The position numbers and the translations under genes are program-made. A DNA stretch of 64,000 nt from Vicugna vicugna (lineage: Eukaryota), in the NCBI GenBank assembly GCA_013265495.1, contig MU058636.1, positions 8,922,239-8,986,238 on the forward strand, given 5' to 3'. Below the pieces are notes generated by a model. It was not told the origin of the DNA. It made no database searches and was given only the letters and a program-made list of their open reading frames with translations. Below, one piece after another: positions 50,201 to 62,982 of the stretch. How positions within the stretch are numbered: position 1 is the first letter of the stretch; every line of letters starts with the position of its first letter.

Positions 50201-50580
50201 TTTATTAATTCTGGGCAGTTGTATCTTTTTTCATGTACTTCACTCTACTTCCCTTAACACTTTACTCACCCATCAGATTTCTCAAAGACGCGAGCTCAGG
50301 CATTAAACTATTGCTCTCGTAGACACAGAGCTTTGAACGTGCACATTATTAACATTCAAAATCATTTAGTTGGTCAGAACATTATGAGTCAATAGTAGGA
50401 AGTCAATCTACTGTAGAGTTTACTATTGCCATAATAAATTCCAGTTTAATTAAAATGTCCTCTCAATTAAAAAAAAATTTAGTCACATCGTACAGCATAC
50501 CACAAAATGTATGGTGTCAAACATAAAGAGACAGACATCAATGGGAGGGCAAAGAAACTCCACAAAGTACAAATGGACAT

Positions 50581-51082
50581 TGTATTCGTTTTCTATTGCT
50601 GCTGTGACAGATGACCACAAGCTTAGTGACTTAAGCCAGGACAGAGTTACTATCTTACAGCTCTGTGGGTCAGAAGTCCAACTCCGGTCTCACTTGACTA
50701 AATCAAGGTGCTGGCAGGGCTCTGTCCCTTTTGAGAGACTTTAGGGAGGAGATTCATTTCCTTGTCCTTCCCACCTTCTAGAAGCTGCCTGGCTCGTGCG
50801 CCTCTTCTTCACCTTTAAGACCTGTAACAGCATCTCTCGGAGCCTTATTGTCATCACATCTCGTTCTCAGACAACAGAAAAAAAGGTATCTTGTTTTAAG
50901 GATTCATCTGAGTAGATTGACTGGATATGAATAATTTAGGATAATTTAGATTAATTTCCACATCTCAGTGTCTTTACCCTTAATTTTATACGTTGATTCC
51001 CTTTGAATATAAAGCAACATATTAACAGGTTTCTGGGGTTAGCACATGTCATCTTTGGGAGGCCATTATTCTGCTCATCTCA
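50581..51082 (-). mobile_element. MaLR solo LTR, MLT1D-like, with 5-bp TSD
   Basis: TGTATTCGTTTTCTATTGCTGCTGTGACAGATGACCACAAGCTTAGTGACTTAA...GGCCATTATTCTGCTCATCTCA; TSD GACAT at 50576-50580 and 51083-51087. Confidence 0.85.
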
Positions 51083-52564
51083 GACATTTAGTGTGTATAA
51101 AGGTGACATCTCAAATCACTGAGAAAGGCTGGATTTCCTAATAAATGGTGTTGAGTCAGCAAGACAGCGATTTGGAAAAAGATAAATTTTATATATATCT
51201 CACACCATTCACCAGAATAAAGTCCTTAGCTTAGAGATCTAAATGTAAAAAAAATTAGATCATACATATACCCCCAAATAAGAAAACATAAAAGATTAAT
51301 CAATTTGACTTCATTATAAAATGTCAAAATTCAAATGACAAGAGACTGTTTTTGCAGTTTGCATTAGGAAAATAAAAAAAAACAGATCTCCCTGAGATAA
51401 AAGTAACTCTTAAAAATAGAAAAGGAGATAAAATCACAATAAAAAAATGGACAAAGGATATAAACAAACAGTTCATAGAAAAATAAAAGTAAAATGGACA
51501 TACAGAAGAAATTATTAGCCTCTTTTGTAGTAGAAAAATGCATACTAAAGCTATACTATGATATCATGTCTCACCTATTAGATTAAAAAAGGTTGAGAAA
51601 CTTGACAATGCACTGCATGGTGAAGCTTTAGAATTACAAACACTCAAATACATGCTTATAGAAGTACAAAATTGTACAAACCTTATGGGGGAGAATTTCC
51701 TAATAGTTAATAAAATTACATGCACATAAACCCTTTGACACAGTAATCTCATTTCTAAGAATCTAACTGAACTCCACAAACATGAAACAGCTCATGGACA
51801 ATGTTATTTATTACAGGATTATTGTAAGAGCAGAGGGGGTTGAAAACATGATGGTATATCCAGCAGTGAAGTTCTATTCAGCCATATGGAAGAAGAGGGG
51901 TGGTGTCTATGAAAGAAAATAAAGTGTTTTCAAGGATGCATTATTAACTGTATTTAGTATACTTCCTTTTATGTAATGCTGAAAGGAGAATTGAAATTTA
52001 TATGTACATATATATAAATTTTAATTTACATGTGTGTGTGTATATATATAACCAAAAAGGGAAAACAAACTCTAAAATTGAACACAAACTGAAGAAAAAA
52101 AAGAACCTACATGTATACAACATTGTTAACACCAGCAACATGGAAAAGAATTATTATAAGCAACTTTTGAATGTGGCACTCTGTAGATTCCTAGTATGAT
52201 ATGCTCTGAGGACAAAAACAATGGCAAGAATTTTAAACTTGGCTCTCTGCTTAGTGCAGTAGTATTGTAACTGAGTAGTGAGTATTGACATTGGCATTGT
52301 AATTTTGAAGATTTCAGTTGTGCTGTAGGATAAAGCAAACAAGTAAATAATGTTATTAGCAATCTTGATTTTTCAATATAAGAGAAAAGAGACTAAAAGA
52401 AATTTTAAAGTTATATTGTTAAATCTGAATTGGAAGTAGCAATATAAGCTCATATTTTTGAAAAGTAGATTTCCTAGCACCAGTCACAGAAAAAGCCTGG
52501 GAGCAATGACTCACCAGTAGCAATAAGCAGCCTCAGCGTCCAGATTTTTGTCTCTGGATCATTC

Positions 52565-53003
52565 ACTTTAAGTCAGATCCCCTGAGAAGCAGACACCAAA
52601 ACAGAATGACATGTACAAGAGGTTTATTAGGAGAGGAAGCGGAAGAAGGCAGAAAGAGTCTCCAGACCAGGATGCAGGCATGGCACATTCTGAAGGAGAG
52701 AGGAAGGGAAGGAAAGAGATCAGAAAGGAAGAGTCTTGGACAGCTGCACATCTCTGAGAAAAGACCAGCCAGGCCAATTGAGAGTCTTTATGCAAAAGTC
52801 ACCCGTTGGAGAAATTCTGCATCTTGCCAGAAGGAGCCTGTGTTTGTGGCCTTGCTATGCTCCGTCCTTGGCTGGAGGCAGCCATGGGAAGCGTGGCCTC
52901 TGCGTGGATTTGGTGATGGGTCTAGATGAGCAGCAGCTGATACTGTCAGTCAGTTGTGTTTCCCACAGCAAGGGGTCTGATTGGTACATTGCCACGGCCG
53001 TTA
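52565..53003 (-). mobile_element. ERVL LTR, LTR16E-like, nested in L1MC4
   Basis: gtcagatcccctgagaagcagacaccaaaacagaatgacatgtacaagaggtttatt...ttggctggaggcagccatgggaagcgtggcctc; the L1 motif cagattttggtctct|ataccattccccactaaaagg is split across it. Confidence 0.7.
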
Positions 53004-53789
53004 TACCATTTCCCACTAAAAGGAAGCTTTGGATGCTGTGGTCAAGTGACCAGTTCCAGATCTGGTCAGGAAAGGTCGAAAGCAGCCTGAGATACTTGGT
53101 ATAAAAAAATAAGGAAATACTCAGAGACTAAGGCAATTATGTATAAAGGGTTTCCAGCACTATCCTGAAGGGGATACCCCTGGCCAAATTTGGGGACAGT
53201 GTACATTGCATCAAAGGGAATTTTAAGCGTAATTTATTTAACATACAAATAAATTAAAATCCAAGATTTTATAAGATGATTCTTTAAGAGAGAACGAAGA
53301 AGAAAAAGGAAAGATTTTATTTACAATCTAGTATATAGAGAAGAAATAGATTTTTTCAAAATTATCATATTGCAACTTCCAATGCAATAACTGATGAAGG
53401 TGGAGATCACCAGTGGATGCTAAAACCAACAGGTGAAGGATTGGCAACAGGTAAAATATCACTTACAGTTACTAAGTATCTACAGAAATATGTACCTTCA
53501 CAATGAAGAGACATGGTGGTCATCATATTAACTGATCAAAAGAAGCATCACTTAAAATAGGGCAACTCAGCAGTGGAGCCTTCCTCTGGGATACAAATAA
53601 AGCAAAATATACAACATCGCCTGTGAAATATCCTTTCCCCCCAAATTTAACCTGAATCTAAACAAGTTCTAGACCTAACAGGATCAGAAAGAAGTTAAAT
53701 AATTCATGAGGAAATAATAAAACAACTCCAGAATGTAAGATGCTCTAAGGAAACAGGCTCAGATCCTTCCAAAAGGTAAAATTAGAAGG

Positions 53790-53850
53790 CAAGACAGAAA
53801 GAGAGAGAGGAGAGAGAGACAGAGAGTAAAAGAGAGAGAGAGAGAGAGTG
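53790..53850. repeat. (GA)n-rich tract
   Basis: gagagagaggagagagagacagagagtaaaagagagagagagagagag. Confidence 0.9.
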
Positions 53851-54634
53851 ATGGCTACTTTTAGATTTAGTCATAACTACCAATTCCTGAATTTCAGCCG
53901 GATCTTAGATCAAATAAAATACTAAAGACATTCTTGGGACAATGGGAGAAATCTGAATAAAGATGGTATATTTGATATTATAGAATTATTGTTGAATTTT
54001 CTAAAAATGATATTGTGATTATACAAGAGAATGCCCTTATTCTCAGAACAGTCATGGTCAAGTATTTTAGAGTGAAGTGTTATGATGTTTTCCTTTTAAA
54101 ACTTGCTTTTATATGGTGTATCATATATAGTACAGAGAGATGATACACCAATAGATCAAATATGAAAAATGTTAATTTACATAGAGAGAATATATGTGTT
54201 TATTATAAAATTTTTTCAGCTTTTTTGCATATTTGAAAACTTTCATAACAAAAGTTGGTAGTGAAAAGACAACCTGAGATTAGATAGCATAAGAAACGAA
54301 GTGAAGGCACCTTAACCACGGTAAGAAGGGTCCAAAGAGTTTAGCAGTTTTGATTTGATGTTTCTGTGCAATCATCATTCTGATTTGGGTAAGGCCGCGT
54401 CTGTAAAACCGAATGCCTTTTGGTATATTTCATACTATATTGATTCTTTCCTAACTTTTATTTCTATTTTAATTGTCACACTCCTTGCTGAAGAGAACTA
54501 CCATAAAATCTAAGTCAAAAATAAATTCTACATGTTTGAAAAACAGATAGTAATTTTTGGAATGCTAAAGAAAAGCACGTTGATTTGTATATTTTCAATA
54601 TTTGTATGAAAACCTTCACTTTCTCAGACATTTG

Positions 54635-54870
54635 ATTCTGTGATAAGATAGACTCAAAGCCTAAGAACTTGTAGTTCCAAACCTCAGCACAGTTGCGATT
54701 TCAACGTAGCCAATGTGTTTAACCTGCATGACCCAGACTCCTCCCCCTCAAATAGGGGCAGGATAAGGGCTCATCTCAGAGGATGACCAGCGAGATGACC
54801 CTGAAACATCGCTCCACATCATTACTGTGTCTTTGCTGTGCTTACATAATAGGTGTCTGTTGACTTACTG
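54635..54870 (+). mobile_element. MIR
   Basis: tagactcaaagcctaagaacttgtagttccaaacctcagc...tttaacctgcatgacccagactcctc. Confidence 0.5.
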
Positions 54871-56039
54871 CTACAGCGATCTGAGTTGTGAAAGTCTCTA
54901 ATCTACAAATTATTTGAGAAATCTAAATTGTACACAGTAAGAAACAGATATCTAATTTCACACTGGCATCACCATATACTTTGCAGATTATAATGCATTT
55001 AACCTCTGAATGAAGGACCCTCTTTAATGTCAGAGTTTGAGGATAGTAGTCACCAGTATGGACTTCGCATTCGTAACGAGATGCCTGTTGGATATTTACG
55101 AGCTAAGCTTTCTGTCATCACATTTCTGGATGATTTCTTTCCCCAGGCCAACTTTTAGGGCTTGAAGAGAGGCATGGCCTTTATCAAAGTCACCTTGTTT
55201 TACAGAATCCAGCACCACCAGCTTCTCTGAAGGTGTCAGGATGAGGTCAGCTCCACAGATAATGACATGGAATTTGAACAAAATTAATTTGTTTTGTACT
55301 GGTCATCTTTCTGAAGTCTCCTAAATTGGGAGCATAGCTTTAAAGAAGACATGCTTTCAAAAACATCCTTGTTCAAGGAACTCCACATATAACCTCAGAG
55401 ATTTCAGGAGAGCATACAGGGTGTTAATTGTTATTATGAACTCAAAGTATTTAGCAGATTATGTCTCTAATGAGTCACTAGTTCACTACATATTAACCAA
55501 AAAAGCACAAGGCTGTTTGCTAAATGTATTAGTAAGGTCAGTGTGAACCACTACAGATAAATCATCAACTATTATTAAAACACTGCTAGGTTAAGGAACA
55601 TACGGAGAATAAGAGGCAGGACATATCTCTCACTAAGCTTCAGCCTCCATCTTTCAACTATTTTCTAGATATTTATTTATGAAACACTATGGTATGCATA
55701 GTTTTAAGTCAGATATGGACTCTGATTCCAGGTATGTATAGTCTTGTAAAAGAAATTAGACCTATTCGTAAACAGCTGTAGAGCTGAGATAGTTAAGGTG
55801 AATGCTTAGGAAGATACTAAAAATGTGCTATGGGAGTGTGGGGAAATCAGGAGCAGAGACGGTTGTACATGGATAAAAGCTCAAACTCATCATGTTCCAA
55901 ATTGTACACTTACTCTCCCCCTTCATGCGTTTACTCTCTGCTTTCTTCAAAACAACAAAAACAAAAAAAAAGGCAAAGTACTAAATCTACGCCAGGCACT
56001 GGGTTACGTTGATGACAGAACAATGCATAAAATTCATTC

Positions 56040-56720
56040 CCTGACTCAAGGAACTTTCAGCCTAGCTCCTCGAATCTCTCCCCCTACAGTGTGTCCTGTC
56101 TCACTCAACGGCACCTCCACGTCTCCCTTCCATCACACCGAGAACCTCAAAATCACCTTTGACTCCTCCTCCTTTATATTCAGCTGGACTCCAAACGCCA
56201 TCAGTTCTACCTCTCTCGTTACTGGTCACATTGCCTCATTCTGAGTTTAGCTATTTGTTAATATTTTATTATAATAGATCGCTCTCTCCCCATACGGGAT
56301 CTCACCAGTGTCCTACTCAAAACCTACATGTCACCAAAACACAGACCTGATGCCGTCACCACCTTAACTCAGAAATAGCCCCTTGTTTGTTACAAAATGA
56401 TGTATGATTCACGACTCTTTTTATCAGATTCCAGCCTCCACTCCCAGCTTGCTCTTCTATGTCCCCCAATCTCCTACACACCCAAGACGCCAGTCACAGG
56501 ACTGTTCACCTTTCTGGAATATGCCCTGTACTTCCACGCCCTTGTGTCTTTGGTCAGGGAGTTCACTATTCATGGCTTACCTTACCTCTACCTCATTCTC
56601 CTTCATAGTTGTATTTAATGCTTCAAGTTTAACTCCTCTTAAGCCTTTCCCAGTGTCCCTGGTCATATTAATTATGTCTTCTTTTGAATATTTATAGCCT
56701 TTTGATTCTGCCTTTTGATC
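56040..56720 (+). mobile_element. L2 fragment
   Basis: tcactcaacggcacctccacg...aacctcaaaatcacctttgactcctcc...catcagttctacctc. Confidence 0.65.
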
Positions 56721-58639
56721 ATGACATATGGGCTACACAGTGTATTTTATTTGCATAATGCTATGATACAAAGTGTAAATCACTTTCACAAACATCTAAT
56801 ACTCACAGCCATGATGTGAGTGTGGGAGAACGGATGAGGGAGCAAGTTCAGAGAATTTACATGTCATGCCCAGGTCTCACTGTCCACTAGCTCTCCAGCA
56901 AATTTTTCTCATACTTAAACGTGGAATGTGTATTTTGGATTATTATTCTGGTCCTGTTACCCCTAGTTGACTCGGGGTCCCTGAGGGCAGAAGACAGAGC
57001 ATTGCTTAGTGTCTGGAATATAGTAAACCTCAAGGCCAACTTACTGAGTTAATGAAGGCCCTGCTGGAATTCCTTCTCCATATCCACCTCTCTCCTTAGC
57101 TGAGGTCACTTCATTCCCTTGAATGAATTAAGGAGATACAGGTCAATAATCAGCATTGAATCAGACCTGCCTACCTCAGACCTTGCATCTCAAGTGAAAG
57201 AACTGTGTTTTGGAATTAAACAGACTCCATTCTTCATTAGTTCTATGATCTGGGGCAAATTCATCAAGGCTTCACAAGAGATCAGTAAAGTTTCACAGAC
57301 ACCCAGACACATCCAACACACACACGTGTTTAGATGGGAAACAGAGGTTTAGAAAGGCCAGTGAATCTGCTTGTCCCTGAAAGCCAGCCCTGAGCCTGGG
57401 CCCAGCTACCAGCTCGCAGGCCTTCCTGGGTGCCGACCTCATTTGCTGCATCTCATCTCCTCTTAGGCCCCTGTGATCAGCCTCCGCTTTTCCAGTTGTT
57501 GAACCTGCTAGAGCTTCTTCCATGTCTATCCTTCCTCGTGTCTTCAGATTTTCTCTAGCTCTGGAATTTCTCTGTTAACTCTGAATTGATTCATCTTTTG
57601 CGTTTATTCTCCCAAGCAGAGAAAACATGTGGCCCTTCCAAGAACTTTACTTCAGCCGCAGTAAAAGACCATTAACTGAAGTGACATTTTTTAATGTAGT
57701 TAACTTGGAAATTACGGTGATGAAATTAGGTTGAAGGAGGATTCAAAATACCATACATGAGATTTGTTAATATTTCTACTAGAAAATAATTTTTAAGTCC
57801 TCAATATTAATCACAGTTTTGACATAGTGAATCCTGAATATTTACCTACATATTACTCAAAGTGGAAGGAGAGACCAATGTCCACAATCCAAGTCTGACG
57901 TGAATAATAAAAGACTCTGAAGCTTACAGTAATAAATTTCATATCTGAGGTTTTATTTATCTCTTTAGTCCCTAATGACTTTGGCCCAATCACTACACAT
58001 GCTATTTTATTACCTTCACGTTGAAAGAAGTGATATCTCAGGATATGTAAGAGAAAGGCATTAACACGAGAATTCTCACTTACATTTTCAGAGCCAGTCC
58101 TCCTCTCCCCTCCTGCAATATGTTGCTAAAAGACTAGCTTTGGAGTAAGAATTCTCACACTCCTGCATTACTTCTTCCAGTGAAGTTAAAGAAATGACAA
58201 GCAACGCATCAAAACATTTGACAGCTTCATGTCTGTGCCTCACATTTCTGAGTCTCCTTTGATGTTGTAAGAAAAGCTGGTGGTTCTACCTAAGAAAGCA
58301 AGATTGGAAGGTATGTGTTTCTACTCTAACTATATCTCAGTGTGTTCACCTTACCTGGATTTTCAGTTCTTTCTAAACTAGAAAGACTCCGTTGTCACAA
58401 AGTCTGAAATAAATGATTAAAGGAGGTACCCACAAAATGTTAGTCATGAGTTTAATCTAAATCTGAAATCTCTGCCATAAAATTATCCTGTAACAAATTA
58501 GGAGTTTGAAGTAAAACATACAAAAGAAATTTTTGCTCTACTTGAAAGCATTTAGAATGTATCTGAACTATTATCCTCAGTTCCAAGCATTGTACTTGAA
58601 GAAGAAAATAGTTCAATGGAAAAATAACTCAGAATAAAT

Positions 58640-59170
58640 CACCAGGTTGGTGAAGGAACGTGAGACCACACGGTATCAAGAATGGTTGAAGTAATTGGGG
58701 GTTTAGTCTTGGAAAAACTGAATACTCAGGAGGGAGATGTGATTATGTTCAAGTATTACTTGAAAAAAAGAACTGTATTTGCCTAATAAGATGCTAAGAT
58801 TTAAAATAAACCAAACGGCTAAAAGTTCCAGGTAGGAGAGAGGAGAGAGGTAGGAAAAATAAAAGAATTTTTGGATGCCTCTGAAATAGGAAGGGCTTCC
58901 TTGGAAGATAATATAGTAACTTAGTCCCTGTCACTACAGATGTTCAGAGAGGATTAACAGTGACCTGGTGGAAAAATAAAAGAATTTTTGGATGCCTCTG
59001 AAATAGGAAGGGCTTCCTTGGAAGGTAATATAGTAACTTAGTCCCTGTCGCTACAGATGTTCAGAGAGGGTTAAGAGTGACCTGGTGGCTGATTCTGTAA
59101 AACGGATTCTGACACTGGGTGAGTGGACCAGATGACAACTGGGGTCATTTGCAACTAGATTCTGTGATGC
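58640..59170 (+). mobile_element. L3/CR1 3' fragment containing an internal tandem duplication
   Basis: gtttagtcttggaaaaactgaatactcaggagggagatgtgattatgttcaagta; gtccctgtcactacagatgttcag; tggaccagatgac...tgcaactagattctgtgat (CR1 tail). Confidence 0.65.
58853..59086. repeat. 117-bp tandem duplication (2 copies)
   Basis: Copy 1 58853-58969 and copy 2 58970-59086; 4 substitutions counted by eye. Confidence 0.95.
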
Positions 59171-59239
59171 TCTTATTCTAAGTCTATGAAAACAAAGGTT
59201 TTAGGGGAGTGACAAAGAACTTCTAAATAATGCATTCCT

Positions 59240-59446
59240 CAGGCTCACAGATGTTAACCACTATATATAAAAACATTAAAAATAGCACAGGGAACTATAT
59301 TCAGTATCTTGCAATAACCTTTAATGAGAAAGAATATGAAAACAAATATATGCATATATATGCATGACTGAGACATTGTGCTGTATACCAGAAATTGATG
59401 TGTAACTGACTGTACTTCAATTTAAAAAAATAATAAATTAAATAAA
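59240..59446 (+). mobile_element. Short young L1 3' end with perfect 16-bp TSD
   Basis: gcacagggaactatattcagtatcttgcaataacctttaatg...tgactgtacttcaatttaaaaaaa; TSD TAAATAATGCATTCCT at 59224-59239 and 59447-59462. Confidence 0.95.
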
Positions 59447-59721
59447 TAAATAATGCATTCCTAGCATGGGAATAAGTAAAAGTTATTACTCCAATGATAC
59501 AACATTTCCTCTTTCATCCTCTGAAAAAAAAATTCCAACTGATTTTTCAAGGAACATGTTAAGTGGGCAAATGGTTAGAGATAAAATATTTATTCCCAGT
59601 TTTGTCAACTCTCTATGAAACTGAACTAAAAACGAGTACCTGGAGATAAAGACTTCATCCAATGAGACTTTACAGAGCAAGTGAAAAAGCAAGGGGCAGG
59701 GCAGCATGAATAGTACTTAAA

Positions 59722-59840
59722 GAATGAGAAAAGTTTTTGGACACAGTGCAGTGGTGGTTGTACCACATTGTGAATGTAATTAATGCCACTGAAATGTACA
59801 CTTAAAAATGGTTAAGATGGAAAATTTTACTACAATTTTG
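59722..59840 (+). mobile_element. L1MB-type 3' end
   Basis: gtggtggttgtaccacattgtgaatgtaattaatgccactgaaatgtacacttaaaaatggttaagatgg. Confidence 0.8.
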
Positions 59841-61225
59841 GAAAGAAGGAAGAAAGGAAGGAATAAGGAAGTCTGAACATACATGAAACTACTAAGAAAG
59901 AATTGGTTTTAAAGAAGAAATTTTAACTTTTTTACTTTTTCATAATATTTGAAATTTGTTCCCAATAATCTGGTATTAGTTTTTAAAGTTATATTTAAAA
60001 TAATTATTAAAGCAAAGCTAACAGGGGACTAATCCTTTGGTACTCAATAAATCTGAATGAATTTCATTACAGAAGTTCTCAAAATATATTCCTACCTTAA
60101 ATATGGTTTAGTTTGGATTGTATCTGCATTAAATGTCTATCAGATTTAAATACATATCAAAGGAATAACAAATAAAGGAAGTAAATCAATATTTCTTTCT
60201 TCATGATGCTTAGAACCAAAAAGAAAAGGCAAGAAATACACCCATGAAATAATTAAGTGACCGATTTACCAAGCAACATATTAACAGAGTAGGGTTCACC
60301 ATAGAATAGTAAAAACTATGCACATAAATGTTGAGGAATCCTATGTAAAGGCAGGGTTAAAATTAGCTGGGGTTGCCCAAAAATACTTTCTGGATGAGGT
60401 AGGGATGTAAGTGCAAGTTTTAAAGAAGATATGGCACAAGGGGAAAAGTTAGATTAATTGTAATTGCATGACTCCTCCTCTATCACTCTTTTAATTACTA
60501 AATCCTTTCATGGACTCTTAAAAAATGCCCACTCCTTCCTTCTCTGTTTCCAGAACGTTGGCTTTTATATTTGCTAATTACCACTGTAGTTTAGGTTGCA
60601 GGCCAGTTTTATGTTATTTAGTCTTAAGGATCCAGATGACAGATTTATGGTTCTCCTTAGGCACACCATGTCTCAGAACATACTGTCAAAAACAAGCTTT
60701 GCCCAAACTTGTATTTGAAACGAGAGGTCACAGAAGGAGAGCGTGTCTTCCACTCACCGCAGTGGGTGCCCCGCAGCTGCGTGCTGACCCGCCCCAGCTC
60801 TCGCAGCTGTAGGTAGAGCTGTTGTTGACGACCTAACAGGTAACGTCATGTGTTAATGAGGGCTCTTGCACTTTTATGACTCTTCCTTTTGCTTGGACTG
60901 ACTTTAACTGTAAGGTAATCTAATTTTCTTACAGACACTCCAGACTATTTCAAGGCTGAATTTGCCCATTTGTATGGTATTCAAGATCTAAGCATTCCCT
61001 AAGTCATGGCCTCTGCAGATTTCATGATCACTTTCCTCAGAAAAAGAGGGGAGTTTTCTTTCTAATAGAGTTTTGCCCTTCCTTTCATACTAAAATAATC
61101 TTGAAATATGGTGACTGAGAATATTCAGAATTAAGAAATATTAACTGGTCCCTAAATCATTGAGACCTGAGCAGTCAGTTAAGTCAATTCACCGTATTCC
61201 ATTTTAGAATGTATAGAGAGAGTTG

Positions 61226-61320
61226 CAATAAAATATAAAATGTATAATAAAATATTAAAATATAAAGTGTACAATAAAGTATTAAAATGTAAAATATAAA
61301 ATATATCATGTAATAAAATA
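61226..61320. repeat. AT-rich degenerate short tandem repeat
   Basis: aataaaatataaaatgtataataaaatattaaaatataaagtgtacaataaagtattaaaatgtaaaatataaaata. Confidence 0.7.
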
Positions 61321-62683
61321 CTTATGTAACTGAAAGAAATAAGAAAAGTCATATTCGGCTAAACAAAGTTTAGTATCTACAATAATTGAGAGATTAGTGT
61401 CTTACTTTACATTTGCCCCAAAGGTGAATAAGGCTCAGATATAATAAAGCTGATTTATGGATACAAAGCAGGTAATTTGTATTTCCTATTATTAAGGGAA
61501 TATTCTCAGAGCCTCTTGAGGAATGTCAAACCACACGTGAAAAGAAAATAAAAATTTCATCAGCAAATAAGTCATTTCACATATTTTTGAAAGCTGACAG
61601 AGGCAGGTTGTCTGACCAGTTTTTGTTCTATTTATGCTCTCTTATGTGAGAGATACCATTCTGACATTTGAAAACACAAACTGTTTGGAAATATTTGTCT
61701 GCATTTCCCAGACTTTCCTTAAATTGTGTCATGTTTTGAGTGGTGTAAATAAACGAATGGTTCTATGGAGACACATTTGTGTCCATGGTCACAGGCAGAG
61801 ACTCCCTATTACCATTTTCCTACTCTGCTCCTCTTGTCCACCTACATCAAAAGTAGACCCTTCCCCTCCTCCCAGGAAACAGCACAGCAAAGCATGTGTA
61901 CACAGCAGTGTGTACAAAGAATGCTCCAAGGTAGCATCTAAAAAACCGTCATTATGAATACAGTGAGAATCCTGACCCCACCTTAGCTGTACAGACGTAG
62001 GTGCTGGTCTCCAGGAAGCATCGGGTTCTGCTAAGCAAGAACGATGAAGCAAATGATCAGAACTACATTGATTCCATTCATGACTGCCTTTGATGGCTGG
62101 GTCCTAAGTTCACAGCGGCATTCACGCCACTTAGCGGTAGAAGCAGCTGAAAGAGCACTTGTAGGAAGAGGCTGTCAAAGGTTGCTCTCAGGAAGTAAGA
62201 GAAAGAGCAGAGAGGAGAAGAGGGGAGCAGAGGTTAGCAGTAAGAAAAAGAAGCTCTGATTTATTTCTCCCTCTCAAAACCTGAGAAGATGCATATATAA
62301 TTTGGGAGATAGGGATGCAGACAAGCGATCTACAAGCAAACATTGCATGCGTGGTGTTTCGATGTCTGGCTAGTGGAATGGAGTCGACTGTAGGAAACCT
62401 CTGCGATTTCCAGGCAGCTGGAATGCAAGCATCTCCTTCCCCTACAGAGATCCACCAAAAAAATGTGTCTTTGGGCAAAAGGTCAAAAATGAAGAGAAAG
62501 GCTACTGGGTTGACATTGTTTCCTCATTTATGATGAGCAGACTTGACAACTAGTTCTGTCACAGTCCAGCGTGTGTGTTGGAGGGCAAACCAGTGTCCAG
62601 TTCAGTGTCACAGAGAATCTGGATAAAACAGTATCTCCATAACATTCTTCATCTAGGTCATTTGGGGCATCAACAAAAAACTC

Positions 62684-62704
62684 TGTGTGTGTGTGTGTGT
62701 GTGT
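62684..62704. repeat. (TG)n microsatellite
   Basis: About 10 TG units. Confidence 0.95.
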
Positions 62705-62828
62705 AGTTGGATTATACACAGGCATTACTAGAAAATTATTTTTGTTAGTGTTGTATTTTGAACATTTTGATTTCAAAAATATGGTAAATTTGGAGGAAGC
62801 AATCACCATCTTCAAGCTTGTACTTTTT

Positions 62829-62982
62829 TTTTGCCTTTCTTTTTTTTTTTTTTACTTTTTTTATTGAGTTATAGTCATTTTACAATTGTGTGTCAATTTC
62901 CACTTTAGAGCACCATTTTTCAGTCATACATGAACATACATATATTCATTGTCACATTCTTTCTCACTGTGAGCTACCAAAA
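62829..62982 (-). mobile_element. Short young L1 3' end with TSD
   Basis: T tail, then ttattgagttatagtcattttacaa...gtgagctacc (same subfamily as 43447); TSD ttgtactttt at 62818-62827 and 62983-62992. Confidence 0.9.

Larger units (their letters stand above)
50490..54260 (+). mobile_element. Fragmented old L1 (ORF2 end plus L1MC4-like 3' UTR) hosting two LTR insertions
   Basis: ataaatggtgttg..atttggaaaaagataaa..ctcacaccattcaccagaataaa; ccctttgacacagtaatctcatttctaagaatcta; aatttaacctgaatctaa; gagaatgcccttattctcag. Confidence 0.7.

Noticed and set aside
55096..55281. Protein-like minus-strand ORF (..DLILTPSEKLVVLDSVKQGDFDKGH..) and a possible 33-nt exon inside it
   Set aside because: Non-ATG start, no family I can recognise, weak acceptor. 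A tBLASTn/PhyloCSF check would be needed to revive it.
58853..59086. Tandem repeat as a CRISPR-like or structured-RNA array
   Set aside because: Two long adjacent copies with no spacers, inside a CR1 relic in mammalian DNA.
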